From Hormiphora californensis (Eukaryota; Animalia; Ctenophora): 64,000 nucleotides of DNA. The position numbers were made by a program, and so were the translations under genes. This document shows, piece after piece, positions 41,148 to 56,600 of the stretch (position 1 is the stretch's first letter; every line of letters begins with the position of its first letter). The notes below the pieces were generated by a model. The model worked only from the letters and a program-made list of their open reading frames with translations, did not search any database and was not told the DNA's origin. The stretch lies in NCBI GenBank assembly GCA_020137815.1, contig CM035361.1, forward strand, positions 372,001-436,000, read 5' to 3'.

Positions 41148-42290
41148 CATTGTACGCTTGGAGTCAAGGACTGAACTAGAAACTACATGTACAATTCGAG
41201 TGAGGAGAACTATAAGTTTTGTTTACCACTACCAGCTGCTGCAGTACTATGAAGTACTATGTCATTTCGAATTTAGCCAAGTACTACAAACTGTCAAACT
41301 ATGAATGGACATTCAGAAAAGAGAGTCATGCTACAGACAAACATATAGGCAGCAGAAAATGAAGGGAAGAGCTCTCGTCTGCGACTTCCGTGGAAAACAT
41401 GTTTCCAAGCAATTAATTAGACATGAACCACGTCTCAAAGTTCACATGTATTTTAGAGGAACTCTCATGAACTTCAAATACAGGGCATTTAACTGCGATT
41501 CTACTCACACAATTTTATCCAGGCGGAGAAAAAAACTAAAAATCAGAGCAGACAAAAAGTGCAATTGGTAGTGACGCATGAAGGGAGATGACAGCTCCAT
41601 AGAAGAAGCTGCACTTGCAAAGTCTTGACAAGGCTAGGCTGAAGATACTACTATATAGTATTAGTACGGGAAGGCTAATTTACAGCGTCGGAATTAGTCC
41701 TCCTAAATACATGCAACGTACGGCAGTATGCAGAATATATACTGCACAGCCCGACTACAGCAGCATTGCCATGGGTGGCTGTAGAATGAATTTATTGATA
41801 TGTTGTAACAACTATATTGCGGTGCTATTATTAGAAATCAAATATAAACCATTACTGCACCATTACCAAACAATTATAGCACGTTAGGAACGTCATAGTT
41901 CTAAGGAATTAGAGTAAAATGGGCCGTCAATTATACTGCCAGTATTACTGGCCAAAGTTAATTTTCAAAGCTAAAGGAGGGCTGCTCGGCGCGCTCGTAA
42001 AGATAATTGCCTGACGGCAGGAAAAAACAGTGTGTGTCACAGTTGCTAACTATAAGAGTCGATGCTATCAACAACTATTAATGCCATTAAGTGTGATCAA
42101 ATACGGTATCTCCACTGATAAAGCAGCACTGTTATAGTCAGGCGTATACGATAAAGTTAAACAGCGCTCGACAATCAAATTGGTTGACGCTGTAATTACA
42201 GTTGCGGGAACAAAGATTAGACGGAGAGAGTGGAGTTGACGCGGTGATAAACGGCGGTAGAATGACAGAGCACTAAATGGGATAATGATG

Positions 42291-42464
<174 letters not shown>

Positions 42465-43632
42465 GTGTAGGAGATAGATCCGTATTGCAATATAGATCAG
42501 GCCGGTACGAGAGAACAGCGAGATTTTGGTGTTGAAGTGTCAACATGACACATCTGGTTTGAGCAGAGGAAGATATGAGAGAGATACCGAATAGAGATAG
42601 ATGATATCGCCAGGCAAGACGCTGGGTTGTTCGCAGAAGCAAATAGAAATAGCTACATTTCATTAATAAAACAGCTGCAGCGATCACTTCATTTGGTGAG
42701 TGGTTTTTTCATCGCTTCTCATTCCCCCCCCCCCCCACATTCATACGTCATACTATAAAAGAGACAAGAAAGAATGGTGTTCTACAACTTATTGCAGCCT
42801 CTAGATAGGGGGAAATAGCACAGGAGAGATAGCATAGGGGATAGCATAGAGGATAGCATGAAATAGAGCGAGATAGCTCAAAACAAGAATAGGGATTCGG
42901 TGGATTTATAGAGTGAGAAAAGGACCAGGCAGAGGTAAGAGAGCAAGATCAGAGACCCGATGAAATAGAGAAAGAGAAAGAGAAAGAGAGAGATAGAGAA
43001 GGAGAGAAAGAGAGAAGAGAGAGAAGGAGAGAAAGAGAGAGAGACAGAGATCAGAGACATGGTTCCCTGAATCTCCATCTATACTCTAATGGGTGCCGAA
43101 CAAAGGGAAGGTGTACAAAGAGAGGGCGAGACGAGAATGTGAGTAAAACAGGACGCGATCATAAGAGCGGTAAATCGATCTAAATCGGTCTAAACTATGT
43201 AGTAAGCTTCTTGACTAGGTCATTTGTCTGTGTCAAATTTGTCTGACAAATGTATGACTGTGGTCCGTGCTACCTTCACTCCCTCTTTTTTCACGAAAGC
43301 AGAAGGTCTGAGAAAGTCAGCCTTGGCGTACTGGCGTAGTGTCTTACAATAACTAATGAATCTCAGCTTCACATTATAGTAGCTTTATTAAACAATATAA
43401 AGTGCAATAATCTCCATCATTGATGAAGCTTCTTGCTATTCCTGATCTTAGCACAGGACGAATGGTTTGGAAGTATTTTAATGGTTATAATAAAACCAAA
43501 AGGTATACAGTTGCATTATGCAGGACGTACTAGGTTATATAAAAGGGTCAATAAAATAGTACGGTCCGGCATGGTAGAACAATAGGTCAAATACAATCTC
43601 TATGCAAAATATGCAAATAATGCAATTCTGAT

Positions 43633-43635
<3 letters not shown>

Positions 43636-43709
<74 letters not shown>
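43636..43709. repeat. (CT)n microsatellite
   Basis: Direct reading. Confidence 0.95.
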
Positions 43710-43714
<5 letters not shown>

Positions 43715-46321
43715 TCTGTTAACAGCTGTACATTCAGCACATCCAGGGAGCACTAAAATGCAAAATAGATGAAGCTAGCTCTTAGAACAACGGGATCCAA
43801 TAAAGAAATATAAATTCAATTAAACACTGATAGCGGCCGGTTATGGGCGGGGATAAAGTAGAGCTGATGGTTCAAATATCAATTGATCGTCATTGGAGTT
43901 GGTTTGCGATAGATCAGGCATTCAGGCACCTAATATTGATCAAATAGATCCGCACTTCTACATAGCAGGGCAATGAAGAAGCCTTGACTCGCAGCGATCC
44001 CCTTCGCATCTCCCTCTCCTTCACTATTATTATAGGTGAGACTTAGAGAGGGAGTTATTACTATCTCTCCACCATCTATAGATATTATAGGTACTGCACA
44101 GAGAGAGAGAGAGAGAGATGCGTCAGGCAGACAACAATGCAATTAAAGGTGCAGCTAGCTCCTATACAACACATTCTCTCCTAGAGGTCCCTTTAGCATA
44201 TAATGCAAATCCCTCCTAGCCCAAGAGATGCCCAGGGACTATCAAACACTGTTATTATATTCCTTTATTATATGCCTTTATGAAGGTGATGATACTAAAA
44301 CCATGTTCCATTTTCTCTTTTTTCACGTCATAACAGAATTCAGACAAGACCGATCAGGGTGAACAAGCTATAGTCAATAGTGTTTAACTAAACACTTAAC
44401 CTAGTCAGTCAGTGTACAAGTTATAGAGGAGGTATATAGCACGATTACTAATTTCATTTACCTCCCGGCTGTTTATATGGAGCTGTATGATCGAGTGTGT
44501 ACGCAGTGTGTGTAATACTCGCATTAACCAAGGGAGAGAATGATTAACTTAACCAGTCTCTCCCTAAGCTTAGTGCTAGTTAGTGAGAGATGCTGTTCTA
44601 GGACAGTCTAGAGACCATGGAGGCCGATGAGGTGAAAAGGGACCGAGGCCTTTCACGGAGAGAAATTACTAGGGAGAGATATCACCTAAGAGAGTTCGAG
44701 ATACCACATGTGGTAACCACATACAGGGTGTCTCGAGTGGGAATGAGCAAGTTGTTTCATGAGGTCAAAACAAAGAAAGTCTCTCTCCCTTTTTTCCAGG
44801 CCTCACGTCGCAATATATTTTACATGAAGTGAGTTGGAACAACAACAAGTTGGGAAAATATGGGAAAACCCGTATGGGGGGCGGGCATAACCCCCAAATT
44901 TTATTCTCAGATGCGCTTTTGGGGGTCGCGGGGGCCAGACGAGTGGGAAAATGCATTTTAGGAAATGCTGCAATTTCCCATCCAGGAGTCCGATTGGGGG
45001 AAAACCCAATTTTTCTTTATTCAGCCCACTGAATCATTCAGGGAATCAAATTTTTTTGGATTTTATCTGAGCAAAATGACAAAATACTATAGCCTTTTAG
45101 AGGGGGCACGTGTAGTTTTATTAATGAGGTACCGTTGAATTGTTACTATAGAAAAATTTTGAAAAGGTGGGAATGATTAAGGGAAAAGATTTGGGGGAAA
45201 CGCAGTTGGTACAAGGAAGAATTCACTCTCTTTTTCCCAGTCCCATGGCATCTATCTTTATACCTCTCTCTCTTTCTCGATCTCTGTTAGTATTTTCCCC
45301 AACCGGTCCCCATGCCTTTTAGTTAATGAAAAATTTTTTATCTCTCTCTGTCTCTCTCCCCTGTCCCCTCTCTGTCTCCTTTTCTCTCTGTCCCCTTTTG
45401 CTAATTTGGGGAACGAACATCAATCAGGGTTTGCAAAGACGGGCCGACTGTGCCATTTTAAAACCCCATAACTGGAAAGGGGGAAAGGTGGGGAGTGTGA
45501 GGGGGAAAAAGAGAAGGCCCGGAGGAAAAGATAATAGGGTAGAGAGAGGGGGGGGGAAGAGAGAGGAGAGAGAGAGAGAGAAAGAGAGGGGAGAGGAAGA
45601 GAAAGAGAAAAAGAGAGGGGGGAGAGAGAGAGAGAGAGGAGAGAGAGAGGGAAAAGAGAAAAGAGAAAAAGGGGAGAAAAGAGAGGAAAAAAGAGAGAGG
45701 ACCCATTTTTTGAAACTGATTACTACCTCAGAACTCAGGAGCTCTCTACAGAGTCTGCAGAATTCCACCACGTCCCACAGAATACAAGGTAAGAGAGCTA
45801 TTATAGCTGCACACATAATTGATAATTATACTTGCTAGATACAATAATGAGCCCATACTAGACAAGATCTACTATAGACAAGAGCGTTTACTAAACAGTT
45901 TAGACGGGTACAATATATGTGCAGTTTTGTACAATAAACAATTTGACAGTAATTGCAGCTATCTGGCCGGACAGGTAATTTGTAGGTAATTATAGTGAGC
46001 CAGTGAGCCAATGAGCCATTAATTTTCAAACAAAAGGAACAACTAATTAATTATACAAGCTGTTATCCAGCATTGTTCTATTCGGCATGAGAAATATAGA
46101 AATTCTGAAGAAGCAAACAACATTCTGATGACAATAATACACTGCACCAAGCTATTAGCTAGCTACCTAACAATATGTGAGAAAACTATGCCACTACAGC
46201 CGGACAGAAACCTTTTGGCATGAAAAACCCTGCCTGAACTGGCGTCGCCAGAAATTTTAGACTGTAGTTGGGGACTGTAGAGTCCCGTAAAACCTTTTAA
46301 TTTTAACAGTGCGCTCAGATT

Positions 46322-47690
46322 CAAAAAAAGGAAAGGGGGGAAAAAAGGGAAAAATGGGGGAAAAAAAAGGGAAAAATTTTGAAATAATTTTAAACCCCGG
46401 GCTTTTAAACAATTTTAAAAAGCGGAAAAAAGGGGGGGAAAACCAAATGTTTTTTTAGTTTAAGATAAAGGGGGTTGGGGGGGAAGGTTTTTGGGGGGGA
46501 AAAAAAATTTTCGGCAAAAAAGGGAAAAAAAAAAAGGAAAAAAAAGGGGGGTTTTTTATTTTTTTAAACAAAAGGAAAAAAAAAAAAATTTTAAATTTTG
46601 GGGAAAAAAAGGGAAAAAAAAAAAAATTTTGGGGGAAAAAAAAATAAAAAAAAAAAAGAAAAAAATTTTAAAAAAAGGGCCCCCTTGGAATAAAAATTTG
46701 ACAGGGGGAAAAAATTTTCAAAAAAATTTTAAGCCCCCTTTAAAACTGGGGGAAGGGGGGAAAAAGGGGGAAAAATTTTTAAATTAAGAGAAAAAAGGAA
46801 AAAAAAGTAAAAAGGGGGCAGGGGAGGGGGAAGGAAGGGGAATAAAAAAAAGGGGTGGGGGAAAAAAAAGGGGGAAGAAAAAAGAAAAGGGAAAAGGGAA
46901 GGAAAGGAAGGGGAAAAGGAAGGGGAAGGGGAAGGAAGGGGGGGGAAGGAAAAAAAAAGGGGGGGGGGAAAAAAGGAAAAAAGGAAAAAAAAGGGGGGGA
47001 AAAAAAAGGGGGGAAAAAAAGGGGGGGGGGGGAAAAAAAAAGGGGGGGGGGGGGGGGGGGGGGGGAGGGGGGGGGGGGGGGGGAAAGGGGGGGGGAAAAA
47101 AGGGGGGAAAAAAAGGGGGCCCCCCCGGGGGGGGGGGGGGGGGGGGGGGGGGAAAAAAAAAAAAAAAAAAAAGCCCCTTTTTGGGGCCCTTTGGCCGCCG
47201 GTGGGGAAGAGGAAGAAAGGGAAAAGGCGAAAAAAGAGATAGGAAAACCGGGGAATAGGAAGGGGGGATTTAAAGGCCCGGGAAGGAATTGAGGGGGAAG
47301 AGGGAGGGGAAGGGGAAAGAAGGAAGGAAGGGAGGAAAAGGGGGGTATAAAGGAGGAGGGAGAAAGGAAGAAAAAGGGGGGAAAAGGGGAAAAAACCCAA
47401 AAAGGAAGAGAAGGGAAAAGGGAAAAAAGAAAAGACAAGGAAAGGGGAAAAAAAAAGGGAAAAGGGAAAAAGGAAAAAAGGGGGGGAAAAGAGGGGCGAA
47501 GGAAGGAGGAAGGGAGGGGGGAAAAAGAAGGGGAAAAGGAAAAAAAAAAAAAAAGGGGAGGAAGGAACAAAAAAAAGGAAAAAGGGAAAGAAGGTAAAAT
47601 GGGGAAAAAGGGGAAAAAAGGAAAAAGGAAAGGTTCGGCGGGAGGGGGAAGGAAAAAGACAAGGAAAGAGGAACCGGAAGGAATTAAGAG
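46322..47690. other. Purine homopolymer-mosaic block, probable basecalling artefact
   Basis: Only A/G/T/C runs, the same texture as 1-1590. Confidence 0.7.
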
Positions 47691-48365
47691 GCATTCCCTC
47701 CCCGCAATTGGCAGGGGCTTTCCTACTATTACTACAAGGAAGATTTAATGACCTTCGAAGGAAATAGTAGTAATTATCGAATTTAAAGTACGCACGATTA
47801 AATAATGTTTAATGAAAATTTTCCTTTTCTTTTCCCTTTCCTTCCCTCTCTCATTTTTCTTATATATTTCTCTTCCTCTATAAATTTCTTTTCATCTCCA
47901 TTTGCCGGAATTTTTTAAAAACTTCATACTTGTTTTGGCCATAAAAAAACCCCAATGTTTTCCCGGGAAAATGAAACGATTTAAATTTGAAAAAAATCCT
48001 AGTCGAAATTGGTAAGGGCCAAAGGGCATTTTAAAAAAACCCATTCCTGTCGGCCCCCGACCCTTCTCGCGCTCTGACAGCTATTTATGGTTATTTCAAA
48101 CAGTAACTAAAACATACCTGCAGAGAGAGAGAGTTGGGTTCCGATATGATTCCCCATGTCCCTGACAATCTTTAGATCGTTCACTTCTATCGCATCTTTC
48201 TGAAACATTGCGAGAGGACCACCTCGCATTGAGCATCAGCCAGAGCAGCCCAGTGGTTATGGGACTCACATTGAGCTGGCACAAAGACATAGTCTCCCCA
48301 TAATTTTAGTTAGTAGAAAGGGAGAGAGTGGGGGGACAAGATAGGAGAATTCTATATCTGCGGAT

Positions 48366-48710
<345 letters not shown>

Positions 48711-49280
48711 GGTTGTCTTAGTTGGTTGGCGGGCCTGTTTTTCAAAACTTTGTGGTACGGGTTCCCGGCCTTGGATGGTATGCTTTCCAATTGTTTTCCG
48801 TTTAATGAGTTATACTATCTTTCATTTTTAAACTTTTTAAACTTTGGCTCTAAAAGAAAAATTCGTTCATTGGTGTATTGAAGATCTTGCATCTTTCAGG
48901 GCCAAAATGCCGGGGTCCAAATTTTGGTTTCTATACCCTTGTCTGCGACGCAAATATCCAATTATTCCCCAATTTGGAAGGTTTTGTACTCTTCCCCCAC
49001 TTGCACCCCGTCACAAAATTTCTCTCCCCATTTTGGTTGTTTTTATATTTTCAAATCTCGCGTCAAGAAAGGTAGAGACCAAGGGTACCCGATTTTGAAG
49101 TGAAGGGGGGAGATTTCCAATCAAGAAGATTTTCTGTGAAGTTTAAAAACGTTAATAATAAAATATTTCCATAACTAATTAACGAGAAGATTGGAAACGA
49201 TAATACCCTTGGTCCTGGTGATCCCTTCTCCACTGTTTTTTTTTAGGAAAACACGGGCCGAAAAGGGGGGGGGGGGGGGG

Positions 49281-49342
<62 letters not shown>

Positions 49343-49846
49343 GGACTAAAAGGGGAGATCCAGCACGGGAGAGAGAATAAAAAAAGAGCTGGGGGGCTTT
49401 ACAGGGGAAATGGGAGAATTTTAAGAGAGAAAAGAAGAGTACCCGAAAATCAAGGAGGAGGAGAGGAGAGGAGCATTTTAGGCAGTGAGGGGTAACCCCG
49501 TAGAAAACACGGCGCGCCACTCTTACTTTAAACACGAGCAATATCTGCGTTGTCATCGGCTCATTCTTAGTTCTTACGATCTCTTAAAGTCCTTGCTAAT
49601 GCTTCCACAGTCCAGCTGCAATCGTAGAGAGCTCTATAACTATCTCTCTCCCTCCCACACTCTGCTCTATAACTATCTCTCTATCTCTCTCCGTCTCTCA
49701 TACTCTGCTCTCTATCTCCCCTACTCTCTCCCTCCCGGCCTATCTCTCGCTCTCTCCCTCATCCCACTCTGCTCTCCCGTTTAGCTCTCACCCTGTTGCG
49801 TGTGTGCAAAATGTGCTAATGACTGGTAAGGGTACAAAGATGATGA

Positions 49847-50282
<436 letters not shown>

Positions 50283-50662
50283 CCATTGAGAAACGAGAGA
50301 GCTCTTGCATTTTGCCTATCCTAGCTTGTATACACCTTTCTTTCTCACTACCCTTCGTTCTCCCTCTCTGTTTGGCCACCCTCTGAGCGTCTGAAACCAC
50401 TGCAGCAGCCTATTGAATATTGCATCTCCTTTACCACTGGTGTCTGTTTTGTGTGCGTGATCATTGGAGCTCCTTTTCTTATCCGCACGGTCTATGTTTG
50501 TGACAAGATCGCTTCATATCAACTATAGTTTTACAATTCAAGTCGGTTTTGCACTTGGTCAGTTTTGAGGGCATTACGGTGCAGTAGGGGTACCATGATA
50601 TAAACTACCCTGTTAGAACATTAATTATATCCGTCCCCATGATAGTGCAGATCAATTGAAAG

Positions 50663-53600
50663 ATGTTGAAAGCAAAGAAATATAATTGGAAGGATAGCAA
50701 CCTGGCTCTTTTTGGTGAGTGTTGAGTTTCTTGCAAATCGACCGGACCATGGAGTCTCCTTTAATTCTAGCTATTAAAGCATCTCCAAGAACATCATTAG
50801 TGTCACCACACACCAAAGTTAATTTGGTGTGTGGTGACCCAAATATGCACTCTGCAGAGCTCTGTTCTCTACAATTCTTCTTCTGCACTCTGCAGCCCCC
50901 TAATTAAAGTCTGTCCGACCCCTATCTGCAGGTAGCGACGTTGAGAAAAAAGTGAAGCGAAGTGCGGCACAAACTGAGGAAGCGTGGACTGGAGCGGGGC
51001 AGGGTGTGGGTCTTAGGATCTGGAGGATTGTCCAGGTAGACCATTTCAATCATTCCTCTCACTATTTGGACCAACCGAAACTCTATCTCCTAAACTGTTT
51101 AGTAAAGCACTTACAATTACCCTAACTAACTTCCCTCCCCGATCCTCATAGTTCAAAGTGCAGCCCTGGCCGGAGAACGAGTATGGAACATTCTACTCAG
51201 GTGACAGCTACATTGTCTTGAACACTTACAAGAAACCCGACTGGTAAGCTGCTGCATCATACCCCCATCATACCAAACGGCGACGACAAATCTTAATTGA
51301 AACGATCTTTCCCTCGAACAATAAGTTGTAAAACACACGTCCCCATTCGTTGATCTTTATCCCAATATCCCCTAATTTCAGTGATAAATTGTTGTACGAC
51401 CTGCATTTCTGGATTGGTAAATACAGTACGCAGGACGAGTACGGGACTGCAGCCTACAAAACTGTGGAGCTAGACTGCCTCCTGAGTGAGTATTATATGA
51501 GGCAATAGAATCTACTACTTATAACAATAGAGTATATTGCTTTATTCAGTCAGATGAAGAGTGAGATCGAGTATTCAGGGCCGGTGAAGCTGCAGATACA
51601 TGGAACCAGAAGCATTGTCTGCTTGTGTTGTACAGCTGCTTTACAACTTCTCCACACCCCACTTCAACTGTATAACTTCTCCATGCCACCACACCCCACT
51701 TCAACTGCACAACTTCTCTATTATCACTCATTGTTATACCTCCTCCATTCTTCAACCTCTCTCCATTCAGATCTGCAAATCAAGTAAAACCTCCTCCCCC
51801 CCCACAGATGATGAGCCAGTACAGCACCGTGAGACCCAGGGAAGAGAGAGCCCTCTGTTCAAGAGTTACTTCCAAAGTGTTACTATCAGGAAGGGTGGAG
51901 CTAAGAGTGGGTTTAGACATGTCGAGGAAGCCAAGGCGGAACCTAAACTATTCCATTTCTCAAGAGATGGTAAGTTTGAAATATTTTCTGAGGCTATGCA
52001 AACTCTGTCGCTCTACCTCATTGTACAGATAGGTAGTACTGAAGAGATTCCGGTCCTTTGAAATACCACAATCATACTACTTACTATTCAAATTGTCAGT
52101 GCTACATCACCTAGCAACTACACCTGCACGTGCAATTATTAGAGCAACTTAGAAACCTCACTCCCAGTTGCAGTTTTGGGTACTAAGGGAAATTCAATTC
52201 TGCACGTGCATTCTTTTAATTTTGTCCTGATGTCTCTCTTCAACCCCAAGCGCTATTCGGCAACGGTCATCTGGGTCCGGAAGATCTGCTGCTGTCCGGG
52301 AGCAGGCTAGAGATTATGACAGATTACGCCAACGTGTTCAAGCGAGCCAATCAACGACTACTGATAGCTTTACCCAACGTCGCCCAAGGGTGATTACAGT
52401 CTAATATAGAAATCTCCGAATCGGCTACATAGCGGCCACGTTTTCACGTGATGAGTTTCTGGAACAGCACTGCACCTCCCTGACATTGATCTCTTAAATT
52501 CGCACCTTGGCATTGTCAGGAAGCCCAGAGCGTACAACAACATGGGTAGGGAGAAAGTGAGAGATAGGCTAGGAACGGATGGTGTAGGTGATGTCAGCGT
52601 TCCCTAATCAAGCTACCATTTCCCCGAAATTCGCCCGTAGGGCGAACGGGCCTACTAGTGATGCGAAAGAATTATTTTGGTGGTTTATACTGGTTAGCTC
52701 TTTCACGTAGTAGTCTGGGGGGTTTGTTGAGTAACGGCCTTTTTACTCAAAAACCACAGAGAGCATCTAATGAATATATTTATTTTATGCAGAAAAGCGT
52801 GACTTGATCACTGCACCCTCTTTGCAAACCATATGTGAGATTTATCTTCAGCTTCTATAGAACCATTGGAACTAGTTCCAATAACAACTTAAACTTTAAT
52901 TCTTGGAACCTGATTGGTTGGATCGTGCATTATCTATAAAAGGAGTAAGGATGGCTTAGCAGAGGTCGGACTCGCATTTCGCATCTGTTGGTTTCTTCCC
53001 AAGAATATTGATGACGATAATACAGGTATCTACCCCCATCAAAAGTTCGCGACGCTAATTCTTGGTTGGCGTCGCGATTAACGTCGCTAAAAAAGCTCAT
53101 TCACTGCAAGAATAGCGTCGCGAATCCAGGTATTCGCGGCGTTTTCACTGCGTTTTTTCAAAAAAGCAAATTTTTCAGCATTTGAATTTTTCAAAATCAG
53201 CTGCTGAAAAATGCAAATGCTGAAAAATTTGCTTTTTTTGAAAAAACGCAGTGAAAACGCCGCGAATACCTGGATTCGCGGCGCGATTCTTGCAGTGAAT
53301 GAGCTTTTTTAGCGACGTTAATCGCGACGCCAATCAAGAATTAGCGTCGCGAACTTTTGATGGGGGTAGTTGTAGATGCAAAGAAGAGAAATGGTTGTGG
53401 TGGATAAATGAAATAGAGCTGTATCGCTACAAATTGAACGGTTCTTCTTTTTATCATTCCAAATACTCTACAGGTCTCTACTCTCATAGTCATACTCTAT
53501 TAGAAGAACCAGTCAATTTGTACTAGGAGTTTGGAACATTATTCATAATCAGCGAACAAATCAGCTTTACAACAAAGGATAAAAGCGCAGTTTTGTTCAA

Positions 53601-56600
53601 ACAAAAACTCTGTCAAATCTTGTCTGGACCTAAAACTCACTAGAGAGGCAATTGTCAATGTGGTATACCGGCCTTCTGAACATGTTTGACCAACTCATTC
53701 TATCATGATACATATATCTGATCAATTGTACGGTGCTCATGTCTCATTCCTGGCTGCAACTGCCACAATGATATAGGAAGCAATGAGGAAACACAGTGAC
53801 AATAATCTTGTCGGTAGTTACCCAGTCTTCCTAGAGTCCCACACTCACACGTACAATTGTTGGAGATAACTTCATCTGGCTTATCTTCTACTTCGGTTCA
53901 AGTTCCCATCTTCATTTTGGCTTACACAGACCTCATCGTTGAGCCATTCGCCAGTTTCCTGACACGAAATGCGGTAGAAGTTGGCCCTGCCATCACTCTG
54001 TAGCCTGAAACCCTTCCTACACATCACCTCCAACCGCTGCATTCGATTCACCACCGGGTGTTCACTCTTCCTTCCTAACGAAGGCATTTGGGAGTGAGTC
54101 CATTATGAGGGATGTCTGACACACAGGGTACTCCTCAAACGTGATACATCTGGTAAGGGGTCAGATCAAACGAGGAACGATTCACCAGAATCCCATCAAC
54201 CGGGAATATGGCTCTTTTATCGGCACAATCCCTCGTGACACCTGATCCTTTCTCATCAAAGAACAGACAAGCCCCTTTTTTCTGATGCAAAGTTATTTCA
54301 TGTTTGTTACCAGTTGGTTGCAGGGTAAATATTGAGGTGGACTGGCAGACTGAATTCAGGTCTGTTGGATGAAAGCATCTTCCTGCTCTGTCCATAATCA
54401 GAACCTCCATTCCTGGGACGGGGACACCAACCACTGACAACTCAAAGGGAGCTGAGGCGAACAGGCCAGTTATTTCTGGTAGTGCAGTGCTGACAGTCGG
54501 GTCTTCCCACGGTCCCTCAAAGTTGATTAGTCCCACAGCTATTTCAGGATCCCTTGATGCCACTTCATAGTATGTCACGCTAACCCGGTTGTAGCAGAAA
54601 CATGTGTCATTGTGAGGGAAGAAGTAGATTGCCTTGCAGTAGTAATCCACATGGCAGTTTAGAACACATCGCTCCTTCGAGATTGGGGAGTAGTAGTTGA
54701 AATAGGGGATGTCCGGTATCACACCATCAATAAAGGTCGATTTGATCTCACTTGGAAGGAGGAGGAGAGGAAGGACCAAGGAGAGAATCATATCAAATCT
54801 GGAAATGTACAGCAATGAAAAATACAGGAAGTGAAGGTCCAAGATTCAAAATGTGTCTCAAAATATTCGTCATATATATTGTAGAACATATATAATGGGG
54901 AAATAAAAAAGGCCGAGAGGCGAGGGACCACAAGTGCAAGCTAGTGTGAAGGAGATAAATTAGGGGAGGTAAAATAAGTGAAAATCGCGATTCTGAGTAA
55001 CTTTTTTTTTCAAAGAAAACCAGTTTATACGAACAATTAGAGCTTTGCCTAGCTCGACCCCCTTTTTGCGAGCTCCACCCGCAAGATACAAACGAGAGTT
55101 CTAGAAGATAACAATTAGAGTTAGGGGATGCACCAACAAGCTCAGGTCACGCCTTCACTAAAAGATATACAATCATCCCTATTTGAAGATTTGTAACACA
55201 TAGTAACGACATGTTATTGTAATACAAATTGAGATGAGGGGGTTTTATCATGCACTTGTAAAATGTAGGAGAGAGAGCTTTAAATGGTATCATTAGACAA
55301 AGTCCTTGTTTTTCAAACCCTTGATTTTAAAAAAAAAGAGGTTTGAGCAAGGCAATATAAAGAAAATCTATAAAGCCTCGATTATTTCACAACTCACACA
55401 GCTTAGATGAATAATCATAAAACACACAGCCATGGGCCCAACAAGGTGGCACTATGAAAGCTGCTTGTGTTGTGAACAACACCAATACCCCATACGGATT
55501 GAAAATTGTTTCAATTTGGGCTGCTGCACTGAGAGTGGGATTTATTAACTAGCTAATGGAAACTATTAGGGCCAAGGACTAACTTTTATTGAGTAAGGGG
55601 TGGTACTCAACTTGAGAAGATGGTACATGATATAACATTATAAGGTGTCCGGGATTGAGTCAAATGCACAGTTCTCAGAGATTGCCATGCTATAATAGCA
55701 TGATCTATAGATCAGTGCTCCGAGAATTGCGGTAAATTTACAGCTACATTTCGGGATGAGTGCACTGAGAGTGCAATGGGGACGCGAAAATAAATTGCAA
55801 TGGTCTTGGTAACAAATCTAATCTTGACAGCAACAGTAATCTAGCAGTAGTTGTTGAGTAAGTGCAGGTGAGAGACCACCCAGCTTACTCAACAAACCAT
55901 GTCCTTCCTAGATTGAAGCGAGTTTTAAGTGGTTACGTGTTTCATCCCATCAAGCCGTTTTACACGAGTTAGCGAGTTTCCTGAATTCGATCCCCCAATG
56001 ATCCAACACTTTGCATGTTTCACCTCTCTGATCGAGATAGAGAGAGGGGGGGGGGTTAGTGAGTTAGCGAGTTATAACTTCTCTGGCTGATCCAGCAGTA
56101 CTCAACAAGTACTCTGCAGCAGTGACTGGTCCCCACTAATCCTACTGACTCCACTAACTGATCCCCACTGACCCCCCTGACTGATCCCCATTGATGATCC
56201 CATATATAACACTCTGTACCCAGGTAAGACGGTTAAAGTGTACGAGAAGACCCCCTACAAGGAGTACCTATCGAGTGACGATGTCTTCATTATTGATAGT
56301 GGAGAGCACTTGTACCAGTGTAATGGAGCAAAGTGTGATAAAATGGAGAAGTTCTCTGCAGCAGCCTACCTACAAGACCTAGAGGCAAAACGAAAGGTAC
56401 ATTTAGCGGCATTTAGCAAGGAAAAGCTAAAAAAGCAAAGGTTCGTCAGAAGGGATGGAGGATGGGGGATGCGTTTATCAATTAGTCTCCCCTTTCTGAT
56501 CCTATATACCTGTGTCATGCAAGGAGATGCTTACGAAGTGTCGCTATAAAAGGGTCGATGATCGAGAAGACAAAATAGAGGGATCCCTCTCGAGAAACAA

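Noticed and set aside
45731-45788. Isolated exon-like segment (CAG...AAG|GTAAG); similar ones at about 48117-48290 and 61430-61475
   Set aside because: No partner exons or recognisable protein motif were found.
46491-47694. Long ORFs up to 321 aa
   Set aside because: They arise from a purine homopolymer mosaic lacking stop codons and show no protein-like composition.
54135-54137. In-frame TGA as possible selenocysteine or readthrough
   Set aside because: Frameshifts follow shortly downstream and I could not identify a SECIS. A nonsense mutation or error is the simpler explanation.
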